Virus record (IMG/VR): IMGVR_UViG_3300035181_001618
Location: 1 to 64,000 of that record
Length of the DNA: 64,000 bases
Strand: one strand, 5' to 3'
DNA from: an uncultured virus (IMG/VR IMGVR_UViG_3300035181_001618)
Taxonomy: Duplodnaviria; Heunggongvirae; Uroviricota; Caudoviricetes
The notes under the pieces: model-generated
Databases searched by the model: none
The model's input: only the letters and a program-made list of their open reading frames with translations
Told to the model about the DNA's origin: nothing
Translations under genes and position numbers: made by a program
In this document: one piece after another, positions 29,648 through 43,700 of the stretch
How the letters are laid out: each line of letters begins with the position of its first letter
Position numbering within the stretch: position 1 is the first letter of the stretch

Positions 29648-31011
29648 ATGCAGGTACCGTACATTCAAGGCATTCTTAAGGGACAGACCGCCCTGCCTGG
29701 CAATGCGCGCCTGTTTCTTCAGATGGACGGAGCTTACGTTGACATCTACGTCACGGATCAAAAGCTCCTCGCTACGACCGCTCACAAGACTCGAAACTAC
29801 CTGCTTGACGAGCCATATAACGTCTCGCACGCTTGGGGCCCGCTGCCGACAACAGGCAACGCATGGCTCTATTGGGACATCAACACCGCAACAGCCGCTG
29901 TCTCACGCGGCTTCACAACTACGGCGCCGCAGTATGGCCCGTTGATGCCGTTGACTGTTACGAACGGCCTCCACTACTTCAACACGACAGAAAAGGTCAT
30001 GTACTACGGCTACGACGGCGCCTGGGTCCCTAAGATCCGAGTGTTTGCTGGCCACGTGCTGAACCTCGCCGTAGAGCCTTGGCCGTTTGCGTCACAGGTA
30101 GGTCTTGCCACTCCTTCTAGCGCCGGCTACATCGTGTACGGCCTGAGCGGCCGCGGCGTGCAAGACCCGCTTGACGGCACCTTCATCAACTCGGCCAACG
30201 GCTTCAAGGTCATAGTCGGCGGCTTCGACAACGTGGTCTCGCTCGATGCCGAGCAGGAGTACACGCTGGCCGCTGAGCCGATCCCAGCCGGCTCATTTGT
30301 CGCCATTCAAGCGCCAGGTGCACTCGTAGTCGCTGACCCTGACCTTGATCGGTGGGCGTCTGGCTATGTTCGGCAGGCAACAGGCACAGGTCTGCCTGCA
30401 CATGTCGTGTCGAGCGGCGTGGTCATCAATGACCAGTTTGACTTCGATGATGAAGACATCGGCAAGCTGCTTTGGCTCGACTCAGGCGGCGCCGTTACGA
30501 CCTCCCGGCCGTTCAATAGCATCGCGCAAGCCGTCGGCGTGGTACGAGGCCACAAGTCGCTGTTGCTCAGCTTCATGCTGGACAACATGTCTTCGGTTGT
30601 CGGTCCTACTGGCCCTGGTGGCGGCGATGCAGGCCCGACGGGCCCGCGCGGCCTTACCGGCCCGACCGGAGCCTTAGGGGGTGTAGGTTCTACCGGCCCA
30701 GCTGGAGCCGCTGGCCCGACAGGGGCAGACGGTTCTGCTGGGCCAACGGGTCCCGAAGGTCCGACTGGCCCAGCGCCGCAAACTACGACAACCGTCGGCA
30801 TCACTACGCTTGTCAACGGTACGGCTACAGTCACAGCTACGATGGGCGACTCTGACCTTGTGTTTGTCAACCGGCTGTCAGACGGCGGCACCATCGGTTG
30901 CAGCTACTCAATCGTGAAGCTTGAAAACAGCTTCACGATTACCTCTCGAGACTATCTCGGTGCTGTTCAGGCGGCTGATACATCGCTGATCTCTTGGATG
31001 ATCGTTCCACA

Positions 31012-31015
<4 letters not shown>
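29648..31015 (+). CDS. virion fibre protein with short collagen-like (GPT) stalk
   Basis: N-terminal region paralogous to 33005 (LYWDIN..T...GFT, RVFA); GXY run at about 30602-30777. Confidence 0.75.
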
Positions 31016-32991
<1,976 letters not shown>

Positions 32992-33004
32992 ATAGCGGCT
33001 AGTT

Positions 33005-34918
33005 ATGCAACTCAACTTTCGTCAAGGCATCGTTCGCGCTCGGTCTATCCTGTCCAAGCCCGACTTCCTCACCTACAACAACACCCATAGCACCGTAAAC
33101 GTGAACATCACGTCGCCGTGGTTGATCGTGGCTGCCGCGTATCGTGACAAGGATTACCTCATCGAGGAGCGCGTGAACCAGTCCCAGTCATGGGGCCCGT
33201 TCAACTGGCTGCCTATTTGGGGCGCGCCTCCTTCGCTGATCACCTATCAGCTGTATTGGGACATCAACCTGGCTACAGGTCATGTGACCAAGGGCTACAC
33301 GCCGTGGTCGGTCACCTACGGCCCGACAGCGCCTACAGGCCAACGTGTTGACCAGTGCTGGTTCAACACGAACGAGCACATCATGTACTACTGGGACTCG
33401 ACGACCTGGAAGCAGTGCTGCCGCGTCTTCGCCGCTTCGTTTGGCCCGAGCACACAAGTCATCACGCACCGGAGCTTCGGCTCGCAGGTGGGCTTAAACG
33501 TCAACGTCACTGCGGGTTACATCACCTACGGCGAGGACCTGAAAGCGATCAGGCTTGACGACGGCACCCTGCTGACTTCGGCGACGAACATCGTCATCAA
33601 CACTGGCCGCTACAGCTCGCCGGTCAACCTCGAGGCTGGCTCGACAGCGATGATCGCCCAAGAGCCGATTCCGGCCTTCGTGTGCGTCACCAACATCAAC
33701 CTGTCAACCGCCGCACTCGCAAGCCCCGTTGACGCCATGAAGTGGCCGATCGGCATCTCTACGCATGAAGCCGCCGTCGGAGACGTGGTCGAGTACCTGC
33801 AGGACGGCATCCTTTACAATGACCAGTGGAACTGGGACTTCTCGCTCGGCAAGGACATCTTCTGCGGCGTGAACGGCGTGCTGTACCAGGGTCCGCCGTC
33901 CAACGCAACGCAGCTAGGCGAGCTAAAGGTCGGCACGATCCTCTCTGAGGTCTCGATTCAGCTTGACATTGACCGCTTCGGCGCCGCAGGCATGGGCGGT
34001 CAAGGCATGGGCCCGCTTGACCAAGACGTTGAGGTCATCGGCACTTCCGTCGGCGCGGTCGATGAGGGCTTTACCTTCACTCAAGGCTTGACATTCTCGC
34101 AGTTTGTGCTGCTAGTCTCGCAGCGTACCCTGCCTCCTGGCTATGTTGCGCCGTCAATGGGCATCACAGGCAACAGCATCCCTGACCCGGACCCGTCATC
34201 TCAGATTCCGCTGCTGAACAGCTATCAAATCGGTTCAATTACTGTGTCTGAGATCGGCACGTTCTTGGACATCGAGGTCAACCGAAGCTACAACCCAGGG
34301 GACGGTGGCCCTGAAAACGGCACTACGCTGTCAAAGAACTCGGTGCTGCTTGCAACTAGCTACCCGAACACCGACAATTTTATACAACAGACGCTCTCGC
34401 CTGTTGTCTATTCGGGTACGACGAGCTATAACGAGGGCGACTGCAAGCTCAACAACATGGGCGTTGAGGATTGCACTGGCCATATTCTTGCAGGTACAGC
34501 GCCCTCAAATTCCATCTCTTATGTAGGTAAATGGCTGGCATACTATGGCTCGCCATCTGAAGGCGCGCCGATGACCGGCGCCGACGTGCGAAACAACCTG
34601 ACACCGACGTTTAGCTCAGACGTAAATGCTACGGTGGATTCAGCCGGTGTAGCCATCGGTGGGTCGATTCTTCCGAACTTTGTCATTACGATCCCGCCTG
34701 GCTCACCTAGCGTAACTTTTGCATACCCAGCGGACCGGCGAGCGGTTGCCTCCGTGCGTTATCAAGAGCTCGCTGACTCTGAAGTTAAGGGCAACTTTGT
34801 AGAAAGCTCGATGCAAGTGTACGGCAATAATGGGTACGGCCCCATAACCTACCGAGTCTACACCTATACCCCGGTTGAGCCCTTCTCGATCACGAACCAC
34901 TACAGGGTCTTCATCTAA
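33005..34918 (+). CDS. virion structural protein, paralogue of 29648
   Basis: MQLNFRQGI vs MQVPYIQGI; shared [26 protein letters not shown]. Confidence 0.7.
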   Translation: MQLNFRQGIVRARSILSKPDFLTYNNTHSTVNVNITSPWLIVAAAYRDKDYLIEERVNQSQSWGPFNWLPIWGAPPSLITYQLYWDINLATGHVTKGYTPWSVTYGPTAPTGQRVDQCWFNTNEHIMYYWDSTTWKQCCRVFAASFGPSTQVITHRSFGSQVGLNVNVTAGYITYGEDLKAIRLDDGTLLTSATNIVINTGRYSSPVNLEAGSTAMIAQEPIPAFVCVTNINLSTAALASPVDAMKWPIGISTHEAAVGDVVEYLQDGILYNDQWNWDFSLGKDIFCGVNGVLYQGPPSNATQLGELKVGTILSEVSIQLDIDRFGAAGMGGQGMGPLDQDVEVIGTSVGAVDEGFTFTQGLTFSQFVLLVSQRTLPPGYVAPSMGITGNSIPDPDPSSQIPLLNSYQIGSITVSEIGTFLDIEVNRSYNPGDGGPENGTTLSKNSVLLATSYPNTDNFIQQTLSPVVYSGTTSYNEGDCKLNNMGVEDCTGHILAGTAPSNSISYVGKWLAYYGSPSEGAPMTGADVRNNLTPTFSSDVNATVDSAGVAIGGSILPNFVITIPPGSPSVTFAYPADRRAVASVRYQELADSEVKGNFVESSMQVYGNNGYGPITYRVYTYTPVEPFSITNHYRVFI

Positions 34919-36153
34919 TGGCTGCGCTTACTCTCTTTCCGCTCCAGTATAAGCGGCAGGACTCAGTTCCGATTGACATCGATAGCTCGTTTGCGACAAC
35001 GGCTGAGCGGCTCGACTACCTGACTTCACCTCGCCGTTACGGTGGCCAGATCGTTGCAGACCTGGAGGAGGATGTAGCCTACATCATGAACGCCGCCCGG
35101 GACACGTGGATCCCTATCGGCTCGAGCCCTGTACGTTACAACGCCACCCGAGACACCATCGAATACCCGTCCGTAGTTGACAGCGGTACCTACTTTGACT
35201 TGTCGTCGCCCCGTATCCGCACGAAGGCCGTTAACTACGAGCTTGTCATCACGGATGTCTCTTACTTGTTCCGCTTTAACAGCACAGGTGGAGTCAATGC
35301 ATCGCTGGTCATTCCTGATGACGCAACGGTTAACTTCCCCATCGGCACGACCGTGGTGGCGTCGCAAGTAGGCACTGACCCTACATTTATCACCCCAAAG
35401 AACGGCTCGGTTACCCTCAACTCGCCTGGCGGCACCCTCCAGATCGGCCAACGCTACGGCAAGGTCTCAGTCACGAAGGTAGGTGCCAACGAGTGGGATA
35501 TCGAGGGCAACCTGTTCGGCTTCGGTGTTTCGGTCACTGGCTCGATCCTGGCTACAGGCCCGGCTGGTCCTGCCGGCGCCCGCGGCCCAACAGGACCGTC
35601 TTTGACAGGCCCAACTGGCGCTAAGGGCGCAACCGGGAATGCAGGTCCAACCGGCCTTAACGGCCTAAGCATCACCGGCCCAACCGGCGACTCAGTCACC
35701 GGCCCAACCGGCGCTGCTTCAAATGTCACCGGCCCAACAGGCCCGCTTGGCCCAACAGGAGCGTTCGGTGGTCCGACGGGTCCGACCGGCGCTAACGGCA
35801 TGGGAGGTCCTGGCCCAACCGGTCCAGCAGGCGGGGCAACAGCCATCGCCTTTCGGAACTCTACATCGACAACTGAGAGCTTCTTGCTTGCTGACGCCGG
35901 TGGCTTAATCCGCATCAATGTGTCAGGTGCAGGTATCGTGTCGGTGCCACTCAACTCGACCGTGCCGTTCACGCTCGGGCAGTTTATCAGCGTTCGACAA
36001 GTCGGCACAGGTCAGATTACGCTTTCACCAGCAGGCGGTGTGACGCTCAACATCCCCGTTGGGTATGCGGGCGCGACGGGTCGCCGCGGCGCTGTCATCC
36101 TAGCGATGTACGTGGGTTCAGATACCTGGGACGTGACAGGAGACGTAGCGTGA
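34918..36153 (+). CDS. collagen-like fibre protein with duplicated globular domain
   Basis: FPIG..QVG..VTLN..WDIEGNL and FTLG..QVG..VTLN..WDVTGDV flank a GPT run. Confidence 0.8.
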   Translation: MAALTLFPLQYKRQDSVPIDIDSSFATTAERLDYLTSPRRYGGQIVADLEEDVAYIMNAARDTWIPIGSSPVRYNATRDTIEYPSVVDSGTYFDLSSPRIRTKAVNYELVITDVSYLFRFNSTGGVNASLVIPDDATVNFPIGTTVVASQVGTDPTFITPKNGSVTLNSPGGTLQIGQRYGKVSVTKVGANEWDIEGNLFGFGVSVTGSILATGPAGPAGARGPTGPSLTGPTGAKGATGNAGPTGLNGLSITGPTGDSVTGPTGAASNVTGPTGPLGPTGAFGGPTGPTGANGMGGPGPTGPAGGATAIAFRNSTSTTESFLLADAGGLIRINVSGAGIVSVPLNSTVPFTLGQFISVRQVGTGQITLSPAGGVTLNIPVGYAGATGRRGAVILAMYVGSDTWDVTGDVA

Positions 36154-36314
36154 ACAATGGCTTTTCAAATGCTGTAGTTTCAGCCGAACTTCGGCTGTCT
36201 ACCATGCCGCTCAACTTGGTGCTTAAGCAGACCAGCCTGACATATACGCCTCAAGCCGGTGACAGCTTGATCCTGCAGTTTTCCAACTCAAACTACACAC
36301 CACCTACTGTATGA
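36150..36314 (+). CDS. 54-aa protein (not in ORF track)
   Basis: GTGA overlap at start and ATGA overlap at stop; YTP repeated twice. Confidence 0.55.
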   Translation: MNNGFSNAVVSAELRLSTMPLNLVLKQTSLTYTPQAGDSLILQFSNSNYTPPTV

Positions 36315-37330
36315 CAGTTCGCCTTTATAAGTCAACAGATACTGGAGCGCCGGTCTTGAGCGGCACCGCCGGCGCGCTTGTCGCGCTGCTCGATGCTGTG
36401 CTTGTGAACGGTTACGGCTCGCAGCCTGGCGCTGGCTGGTCAAAAGCATTTGCAGGTACCAACACCGCTTCATATCGTGCAGCAACCGGCACCCGCTATT
36501 ACTTGATGGTTGATGATTCAGCTACTTTTGTGACAGCCGCCTTTGCCGAGCTGCGCGGCTATGAGACAATGACTGACGCAACGGATGATGGCACGAATCC
36601 GTTTCCAAGCGTCGCTCAAGCAACAAACGGGCAGACCGTTAATAAAAGCTCAACAGTTAGCGCAACCGCGCGCCCGTGGATGGCCATCGTTCATGACCGC
36701 GCGTTTTACTTCATGTGCGGCAGCGCTAGCTCGTCGGCTGTCTATACACAAATCACCGGTTCTGGCTTGAACCAAGCGTTTGATATGTGGTTCTTTGGCG
36801 AGATCAAGAGTCACAAGCAGACTACGGACACGTACAATTGCTTCCTGCTGACCAACCTGACAAATACACTGTATCAAGGCTTAGGCTCTGAATCAACCTG
36901 GGGGACAACGATGTCCAATCACTGGATGGCGCGCAACTACAACGGTGCTAAGATCTCTCACCCTTGTGCATGCCAAGTCACCGGCATGGTCAACGGCATG
37001 ACTATCATGGCACCTGACTCTACGGGCTTCTTGGGTTTCCCTGAGCAGGGTACGGGCGAAGTAGGTATTGTGGGCATTGAGCTTGCTGAGCAGTCTGAAA
37101 ATTCTACCAATTTGGTGCAATGGCTGATTCGTGGCCGTTTGCCAGGAGGTTATGGTGGCCTGACATATGCTGCGTCGGTTATCAACGGTGGTCTTGAAAA
37201 TTCAGGCTATATTTGGAACGGTACAGGCGCGTATGCAGGTCGCCAGTTTATAGGCCTTACGTTCTACTATACCAGCAGCAACGGTGTTGCCCCTTTCATC
37301 ATCGAACTAACGGATAACTGGTACGCATAA
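36311..37330 (+). CDS. putative tail fibre/receptor-binding protein, paralogue 1
   Basis: YKSTDTGAPVLSG..LLDAVLVNGYG..GW..RGRLPG. Confidence 0.7.
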   Translation: MTVRLYKSTDTGAPVLSGTAGALVALLDAVLVNGYGSQPGAGWSKAFAGTNTASYRAATGTRYYLMVDDSATFVTAAFAELRGYETMTDATDDGTNPFPSVAQATNGQTVNKSSTVSATARPWMAIVHDRAFYFMCGSASSSAVYTQITGSGLNQAFDMWFFGEIKSHKQTTDTYNCFLLTNLTNTLYQGLGSESTWGTTMSNHWMARNYNGAKISHPCACQVTGMVNGMTIMAPDSTGFLGFPEQGTGEVGIVGIELAEQSENSTNLVQWLIRGRLPGGYGGLTYAASVINGGLENSGYIWNGTGAYAGRQFIGLTFYYTSSNGVAPFIIELTDNWYA

Positions 37331-38310
37331 TGGCAACAACTTTCTATGACAGCGATGCCTCCGCGCCGACTCTGACAAGCAGCGCAGGTTCGTTCATCGC
37401 GCTGCTTGACGCATGCTTGGTCACAGGGTACGGTTCAAAAACAGGCCTTGGTTGGACCAAGGACTATTCAGGTACCAATGTTGCTGTTTACCGGGCACCA
37501 GGCGGTAACAGGCACTACATCCGAGTTGACGATACTGACACGCAAGTTGTACGCGTGGTAGGTTTTGAGTCAATGACCGGATTGAGCACAGGCTTTAACC
37601 AGTTCCCAACTGATGCGCAGGTATCGGGTGGCTTGTACTTGCGAAAGACCAGCGGCGGCACGTCGGGTTGGATCCTAGCGGGTAATGACCGTTGCTTCTA
37701 CTTCTTCCCTGAGGTTGGAAATGCGTGGGCTGCAGGTTCTACAACCGGTTCATCATGCGGACAGTTCTTCTTTGGTGACTTTATTAGCTATCGTTCTGGT
37801 GACCAGTTCAACACAATGATCATCGGCTCAACTTCGAGCACCGCTGGCATGGGTAACTTTGCACAGCTAAACTCAAGCGGCTCACCGGCTGCAGGTCATC
37901 TTGGCCACTACATCTGCCGCGGCATCCTGCAGCTAAAGAGGTCAATCGGTTGCTATAAGTCAGCCATGCGGTACCTTGCCAGCAATAACTACTCGGACTT
38001 TGCCCTGGGCGTGTGGAACGGCTTTGTGACATCGTATCCTGATCCTGTCTCTGGAATGATCACGATGCAACGGATTCAAATTTCTGAACGTGGGTTGCAA
38101 CAAAATCCTAACCTAGCCACGGACATAATTGTGGCGCGCGGCTACCTGCCTGGCTTGTGGGCTCCGCAACAGACTGGCTTCAACCACGGTGATACGTTCA
38201 ATGGCACCGCTTCACAGACCTATCTCGTTGTCACCGCTTACACGCGCAACAACGCGCTAACTACAACTGTCACCGGGAAAGCCTTTCTCGAGACTAGCAA
38301 TACCTGGTAA
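37330..38310 (+). CDS. putative tail fibre protein, paralogue 2
   Basis: SDASAPTL..LLDACLVTGYG..FFFGDFISY..RGYLPGLW. Confidence 0.7.
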   Translation: MATTFYDSDASAPTLTSSAGSFIALLDACLVTGYGSKTGLGWTKDYSGTNVAVYRAPGGNRHYIRVDDTDTQVVRVVGFESMTGLSTGFNQFPTDAQVSGGLYLRKTSGGTSGWILAGNDRCFYFFPEVGNAWAAGSTTGSSCGQFFFGDFISYRSGDQFNTMIIGSTSSTAGMGNFAQLNSSGSPAAGHLGHYICRGILQLKRSIGCYKSAMRYLASNNYSDFALGVWNGFVTSYPDPVSGMITMQRIQISERGLQQNPNLATDIIVARGYLPGLWAPQQTGFNHGDTFNGTASQTYLVVTAYTRNNALTTTVTGKAFLETSNTW

Positions 38311-38327
38311 ATAGCTTAGGAGATCAT

Positions 38328-39302
38328 ATGACTGTTCGCGTTTATCGCTCGTCCGACGCAGGTGCGCCGACCCTTTCCGGCACAACCGGTAGCCTTCTAG
38401 CCTTGCTAGATTCGGTCCTCATTAGCGGCTATGGCTCGTCTACTGGTTCTGGTTGGACCAAGCCGTATAGCGCTACCAATATCGCTGTTTACCGTACTGC
38501 AGGCGGCAATCAACGATACCTGCGCCTGGATGACTCAAACGCTACGCCAGCGCGTTTCCACGGCTATGAAACGATGTCAAGCGACTCAGTGGGAGTCAAT
38601 AATTTTTCACAAGACCTAGGCACGTCATTCTCGCAAGCGGCTGGCTACCCGATCATGAAGAGCAGCACCGCTGATGCTACCGCTCGTGCGTGGGTAATCA
38701 TTACATCGGCTACCGCGATGTACATGTTCATCGAGCCAACCTCGACCCCGACTACGTGGGAGGCTTCGACCAACACCACAAACTCGAGCAACGGGCAGTT
38801 CTTCTTCGGTGACTTCATTAGCTACCGTCCGGGCGACACATACAACACGGCTATCTTCGGGCCTGTGAACACAACGGCCGGTACCGGACAGTTCGGCTCT
38901 TGCTCAAACAGCATCTCCTCATCGGCAGCCAGCGGGCACTACATCTGCCGTGGCTACTTGGGCCAAGGTCAGGGCGGCGTTAAGTTCCACAAGGGGCTTC
39001 CAGGCCAGTATGCCAGCGTAACTACGATGGGCGCGTCTAGCTCGTCAAACACGTATCCCGACCCACTGACAGGCGGCATCTTACTAACGTCGGTTGAGCT
39101 TGCTGAGATTGTGGCAAGCAGCTACCATGTCGTGCGCGGGCGGATGCCAGGCATGTGGGCTCCGATCTCGTCTCTCGCCGGCTCGCACGGCGACATCATC
39201 ACCGGCACCGGCGTAGTAGCTGGCAAGACCCTGCTTTGCGTTGTTGTGTACACAGGCAGCACAGCAGGTCGGTGCTTCATTGAAATCAGCGATACCTGGT
39301 AA
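38328..39302 (+). CDS. putative tail fibre protein, paralogue 3
   Basis: YRSSDAGAPTLSG..FFFGDFISY..RGRMPGMW..EISDTW. Confidence 0.7.
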   Translation: MTVRVYRSSDAGAPTLSGTTGSLLALLDSVLISGYGSSTGSGWTKPYSATNIAVYRTAGGNQRYLRLDDSNATPARFHGYETMSSDSVGVNNFSQDLGTSFSQAAGYPIMKSSTADATARAWVIITSATAMYMFIEPTSTPTTWEASTNTTNSSNGQFFFGDFISYRPGDTYNTAIFGPVNTTAGTGQFGSCSNSISSSAASGHYICRGYLGQGQGGVKFHKGLPGQYASVTTMGASSSSNTYPDPLTGGILLTSVELAEIVASSYHVVRGRMPGMWAPISSLAGSHGDIITGTGVVAGKTLLCVVVYTGSTAGRCFIEISDTW

Positions 39303-39305
39303 GCC

Positions 39306-39770
39306 ATGGCAGCTCTTTCATATGTCGGCACAACGTTTGACCAGCGAATCGCCGCGCAGGTCACGCAAGCTGGCGCTGTTCAAACAATCGGACGCGCCTT
39401 CACAAAGGGCTACACTGACCGAATCCCTGGCGCTTTTGGCGGTAGCTTGTGGACAGCTACAGGTTGGCCAGAGTTTGTTCTAGGCAATAACGCCAATCGG
39501 TCATCCTTTGACCTGTACCCAAATACTAAAGAGCTCCGCGGCTTCGTACAAAACGGGGCGGGTACCGGCATTGCACGCACGGTCATTGCAATCAGCCAAA
39601 CAAATAACGCTGTCGTTGGCTCATCAGTTAGTGACCCGTCAACCGGTGCATTTACGTTGCAGCTTGTCTGTGCAAATGAAGCCAAGGTGACTGTCATCGC
39701 TATCCCAGCTGCCGGCGACATGCGTAACGTTGTAGCATATCGAGACATCGTTCCCGTCGTTCACGTATGA
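39306..39770 (+). CDS. fibre-associated protein (carboxypeptidase-regulatory-like beta sandwich)
   Basis: ARTVIAI..VSDPSTGAF..N.VAY.DIVP. Confidence 0.55.
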   Translation: MAALSYVGTTFDQRIAAQVTQAGAVQTIGRAFTKGYTDRIPGAFGGSLWTATGWPEFVLGNNANRSSFDLYPNTKELRGFVQNGAGTGIARTVIAISQTNNAVVGSSVSDPSTGAFTLQLVCANEAKVTVIAIPAAGDMRNVVAYRDIVPVVHV

Positions 39771-40696
39771 CAACTCCGGAGAAGCTAGGCCCCTACTGGG
39801 TCAAGAAGCTAACCGGCGACATTCCGCCGATCCCATACCGCTTGCTCATCTTCAATGATGTCGGGCAGGTTAATGCTGAACGACCGGTTGCAGGCACATC
39901 ATCTGATGCAACCGGCAACCTAAACCAGATCCAAGAGTTCTATAACGGCGGCACTGAGATCGGCGGCGTCTTTGGCCCGTCATGGGGCATCAGCTTCCCA
40001 TACGGCTGGTACAAGTGCGTGTCAACCTCATGCTCGATCTCAACAGTGGGTCCAGCAGCACTGCTTTATGACCAGTTCAACTCGGTTGACGGCACGGATC
40101 CGACAACCAGCACCCTGACTACCTTCCCTGTGGTAACTGGGCTGTCACAGTGGGTAACAACCACAGGTGACGCCAAGAACGCTGGGAAAGTCATGTACAA
40201 GGCGCTCTTTGGCCCAGCGACGATAGATAACCTGCCTGTGCTGCTGGAATGTCATGCAACGCCTTCTAGAACGCCCTTCGTCACGTCATTCCCTTACTTC
40301 GTTACAATGACCGCGACAAACAGCGAGACCGCAGGTAACCCAGCCACCAGCTACGTGCGGTTCGGCTTGTACGGTTCATCATTGTCTGAGACAAAGCTAA
40401 CGGTAGCTTCCGACGGGCTCGTTGAGATCAAGCAGGTCGGTGAGACGGGCAACAACAACCTGCCTCGCTTCCCGCTCACGCCAGGCACTAACAAGATCGG
40501 AATCTATGTCACGGCGTCAACCACTATCTCGATGGCGAACGGCGCTCAAGTAGGCCAGTCCGCTAATATCGGCAGCTCTGCCAACATGCACACAGCTTAT
40601 GTCGAGATCTTGAACCCGAATGACGCAAAGTGCATCGACTCCATCGGCGTGTACTCGGGCGTCACCATTCAGCAAGCTCTCATGCTGACTCTCTGA
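39767..40696 (+). CDS. virion structural protein
   Basis: 309-aa T/S/G-rich beta protein inside the fibre operon. Confidence 0.6.
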   Translation: MTTPEKLGPYWVKKLTGDIPPIPYRLLIFNDVGQVNAERPVAGTSSDATGNLNQIQEFYNGGTEIGGVFGPSWGISFPYGWYKCVSTSCSISTVGPAALLYDQFNSVDGTDPTTSTLTTFPVVTGLSQWVTTTGDAKNAGKVMYKALFGPATIDNLPVLLECHATPSRTPFVTSFPYFVTMTATNSETAGNPATSYVRFGLYGSSLSETKLTVASDGLVEIKQVGETGNNNLPRFPLTPGTNKIGIYVTASTTISMANGAQVGQSANIGSSANMHTAYVEILNPNDAKCIDSIGVYSGVTIQQALMLTL

Positions 40697-40724
40697 GCAG
40701 GCCATCGGCTGTAGTAAATAGTCG

Positions 40725-43700
40725 ATGACCGCGACTACCTACTACGCCGTAGATACAAACTCGGGCGGAACGTTCCCCGTTACCAGCCTTGCAGCCGCTA
40801 AGCGAGCCGAGTTCATGACGGCTCTCGCCACCTCCAAGGTGGAGACCTTTGAGTTCTCAATTGCGGGTAGCAGGCCGTCTGATGACTTCACGCTTTACCT
40901 CTTCGGCAGCACGTGCCAGCTGACACAAGCCGCGCCGATTGACGGCAACGTGCAAGGCATTAAGACCGTTGGGCAAGACTTCCCAGGTCGGTTCAACACG
41001 ACCATTGACTCAGGTAGCGGTCTGCTTGAAGACGGTAAGTGGTGGCAGTCATCGGGTGAGTTCACGCTAAAGTTTACTAGCCACACCCAAGCCTTTGGCT
41101 TCTACGGAACTGACTTCGGCGACCTAGGAGCGGCCGGCGGCACGGTCAAGCTCAGCTTCTACAGCAACGGCTTCCCAGTTGACCTCAACGTTGAAGTAGG
41201 CCCTGATACCAGCGGGATCAACGCAACCCTGCTGTTCTTCGGCTACACGAACGATGTCCACCCGTTCAACGAGATTCGATTCACGGTTACACAAGGGCCT
41301 GGTACCACAGCTGGCAACGAGCAGCTCGTTGGCTTCGATGACATGGTATACGGCACGCTTGACAGCATCAAGCTGCCCTATAACGGCGTAGGCTCCTTTG
41401 TTAACGCTCCGACGCAGTGCATCACATCCTCACCGCCTGAGGACCAGAACGTAGCTTACATCAACGTGCCTGCAGGTTTCAAGGATCGTTGGTCGGTGTG
41501 GACCTGCCTTTCAGTAAGCAACGCAACGCCGATCATTAGCATCTACTCGGGTGTTAACGGCACTGGCACGTTGCTCGCCGGACCTAGCGGCGTAGCGGCA
41601 GGTCTCTTGAATGCGTTCTACCAAACTGTGTTTTACTTCTCGGGGGTTGCTCGCTCGATTAAGGTTACAACAGGCAAAGCCAGCTTCAACAATGAGGTCT
41701 TCTTTGACCACATGGAATTCGGCACACCGCCTGACTTGCCTGACGCTCCTATTCTCACGTTTAACTGGGAGCTAGGCGGCTTGTTGACAACAAGCAGTCA
41801 GTCTCAATGGGACGGTGTTAAGTACGGCATGGACTTTGAGGGCCTCATTCCAGGAGCTAATGCCTCTGCCGGCACCTATGCACCTGTCAGCGTGGGCTCG
41901 TTCTACGATAGCTTGTACCCCGGCACCGTCTTTACTAATGCGGTAGCTGTGCGCTCCAAGGCTACCGGCGGCACGGCCCAGTTCAACGTTCGCACGCTCG
42001 ACTCACCGTCAGGCGCGGTGCTCAACTTAGGCAAAACGGCGCTGAAAGTTGCGACCGGTCAGGCGAGCATGACTATTGCGTTGCCGAGCACAAGCACCAA
42101 AGGTGCTATCTCGTTCTACTATGCATCAGCCTCTCCGGTTACTTTGATCGCTGGCGTCGGCACTAAAACATTGCCTGCTACAGGCACTTGCAGCTTGCCT
42201 GACGTTGACAATGTCTACTGCCAGTGGAAGCTTTGCAGGCTTGAGAGCGAAAACGCTACGATCAACTCGCTGACTATCTCAAGCGCTGATCCGAACATGA
42301 TGGTCGATAACCTGACCAATGGCTACCCGATCCCGCTGTCAGGTGCGCTGCCGACAGTTGATAACCTGGTTGACGACTACTTCAACAATGGCACAGATTC
42401 GCGTGGCATTTCAGGCCCGCTAGTACCGTCTGGACCACCGTACCCGCACATTTACGGCGTGCAGGCTCCTAGCTGGGTTCGTGCATGCTATTCTGACGGC
42501 CCTGAGATTGCGCCTGACTTTTACTACAAGTCAGGCGAGGGCATCTACCCAGGCATCTACAGCTGGACCGCGCTGCAGAACCTTAGCAATGACCCAAAGT
42601 ACATCAATGTAGTTGACGGCTTCATCAATGAATGCTCGCTGTTTGTGCTCATGGGTACAATTGTAGGCGTCTACTCAGGCTTGAACGGTACAGGTACATT
42701 ACTGCAAAGTACACCCGACGTGCAGCACAGCTATACAGATGGAGGCTACACTAAGTTTACATTTGGGGGTTGGGCCCGTTCGATTGCCTTTGACACCGAT
42801 CCCGCTATTGTTGATGGCTTGCGCTTTGGCTATTCATCAACAAACTCGATTATTCCCACTGTACCTTCGCCTGAAATTTTTGACTCAGATTCCACAAACA
42901 TTGTAGAAGGTGTAAACCAACTAACCAATGACAGTGAAACACCGATCATTTTCCTACCCGACGGTTTAATCTATCGAGACACCCAATTCTCCCCATCGGC
43001 TAGCCATTGGATGCGCGAGCCAACGCCGTATTCAAACGTAGGTACGTTAGTACAGTTCTCATTTGACGGGCTAACAGACGGCGCAACCGCGTTCCCGAAC
43101 AGCGGCACTTTAGGCGGTACCTGGAGCTCAACAGGTTCAAACTGTTCAGCGAGCACTAATGCTTCAAAGTGGGGCACGTCATCGCTCCACGTGACTCCGA
43201 ACAACAGTGAGCATGCCATCAAGCTGATTTGGCCGACAATGTTCTACTTGCGATCGCAAGTAGGCACGCTTGAAGCTTGGGTGCGTCCTGAAGTAGGTGC
43301 TTCCGAGCCGTACGGTAAAACTGCCATCATGTATTGGATCTACGGCTATGGTAACACCAGCACGCCGTGGAACCAGGGTGCCAGCAGCACAGGCTCGGCT
43401 TACACACCAGGCATGGGCATCATCTACGCTCATGCTAGTACGACACCAGGTCAAACAGTGCTCGAAGCCTGGCTCAATCAACGCTTCATCGGCAGCATAT
43501 CCGTTGCTAATAGCCAGTTCCACCATGTAGCATTTACATTGAATGCCGGGTCTGGTGGTCAGTTCATGACCTTCTTTGTTAACGGTGCGCAGGTTGCAAC
43601 CGGCTCGGTTACCGGCGTTAACTACTCGAACCCTGACTTCTCGCTCGTTGTCGTTGGTCAGTCTGACCGAACAGGCACCTTCAGCTACTACCTGTCTGAC

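Noticed and set aside
36311..39302. Diversity-generating retroelement or shufflon behind the triplicated fibre genes
   Set aside because: No reverse transcriptase, recombinase, inverted crossover sites or adenine-specific near-identical repeat pair seen
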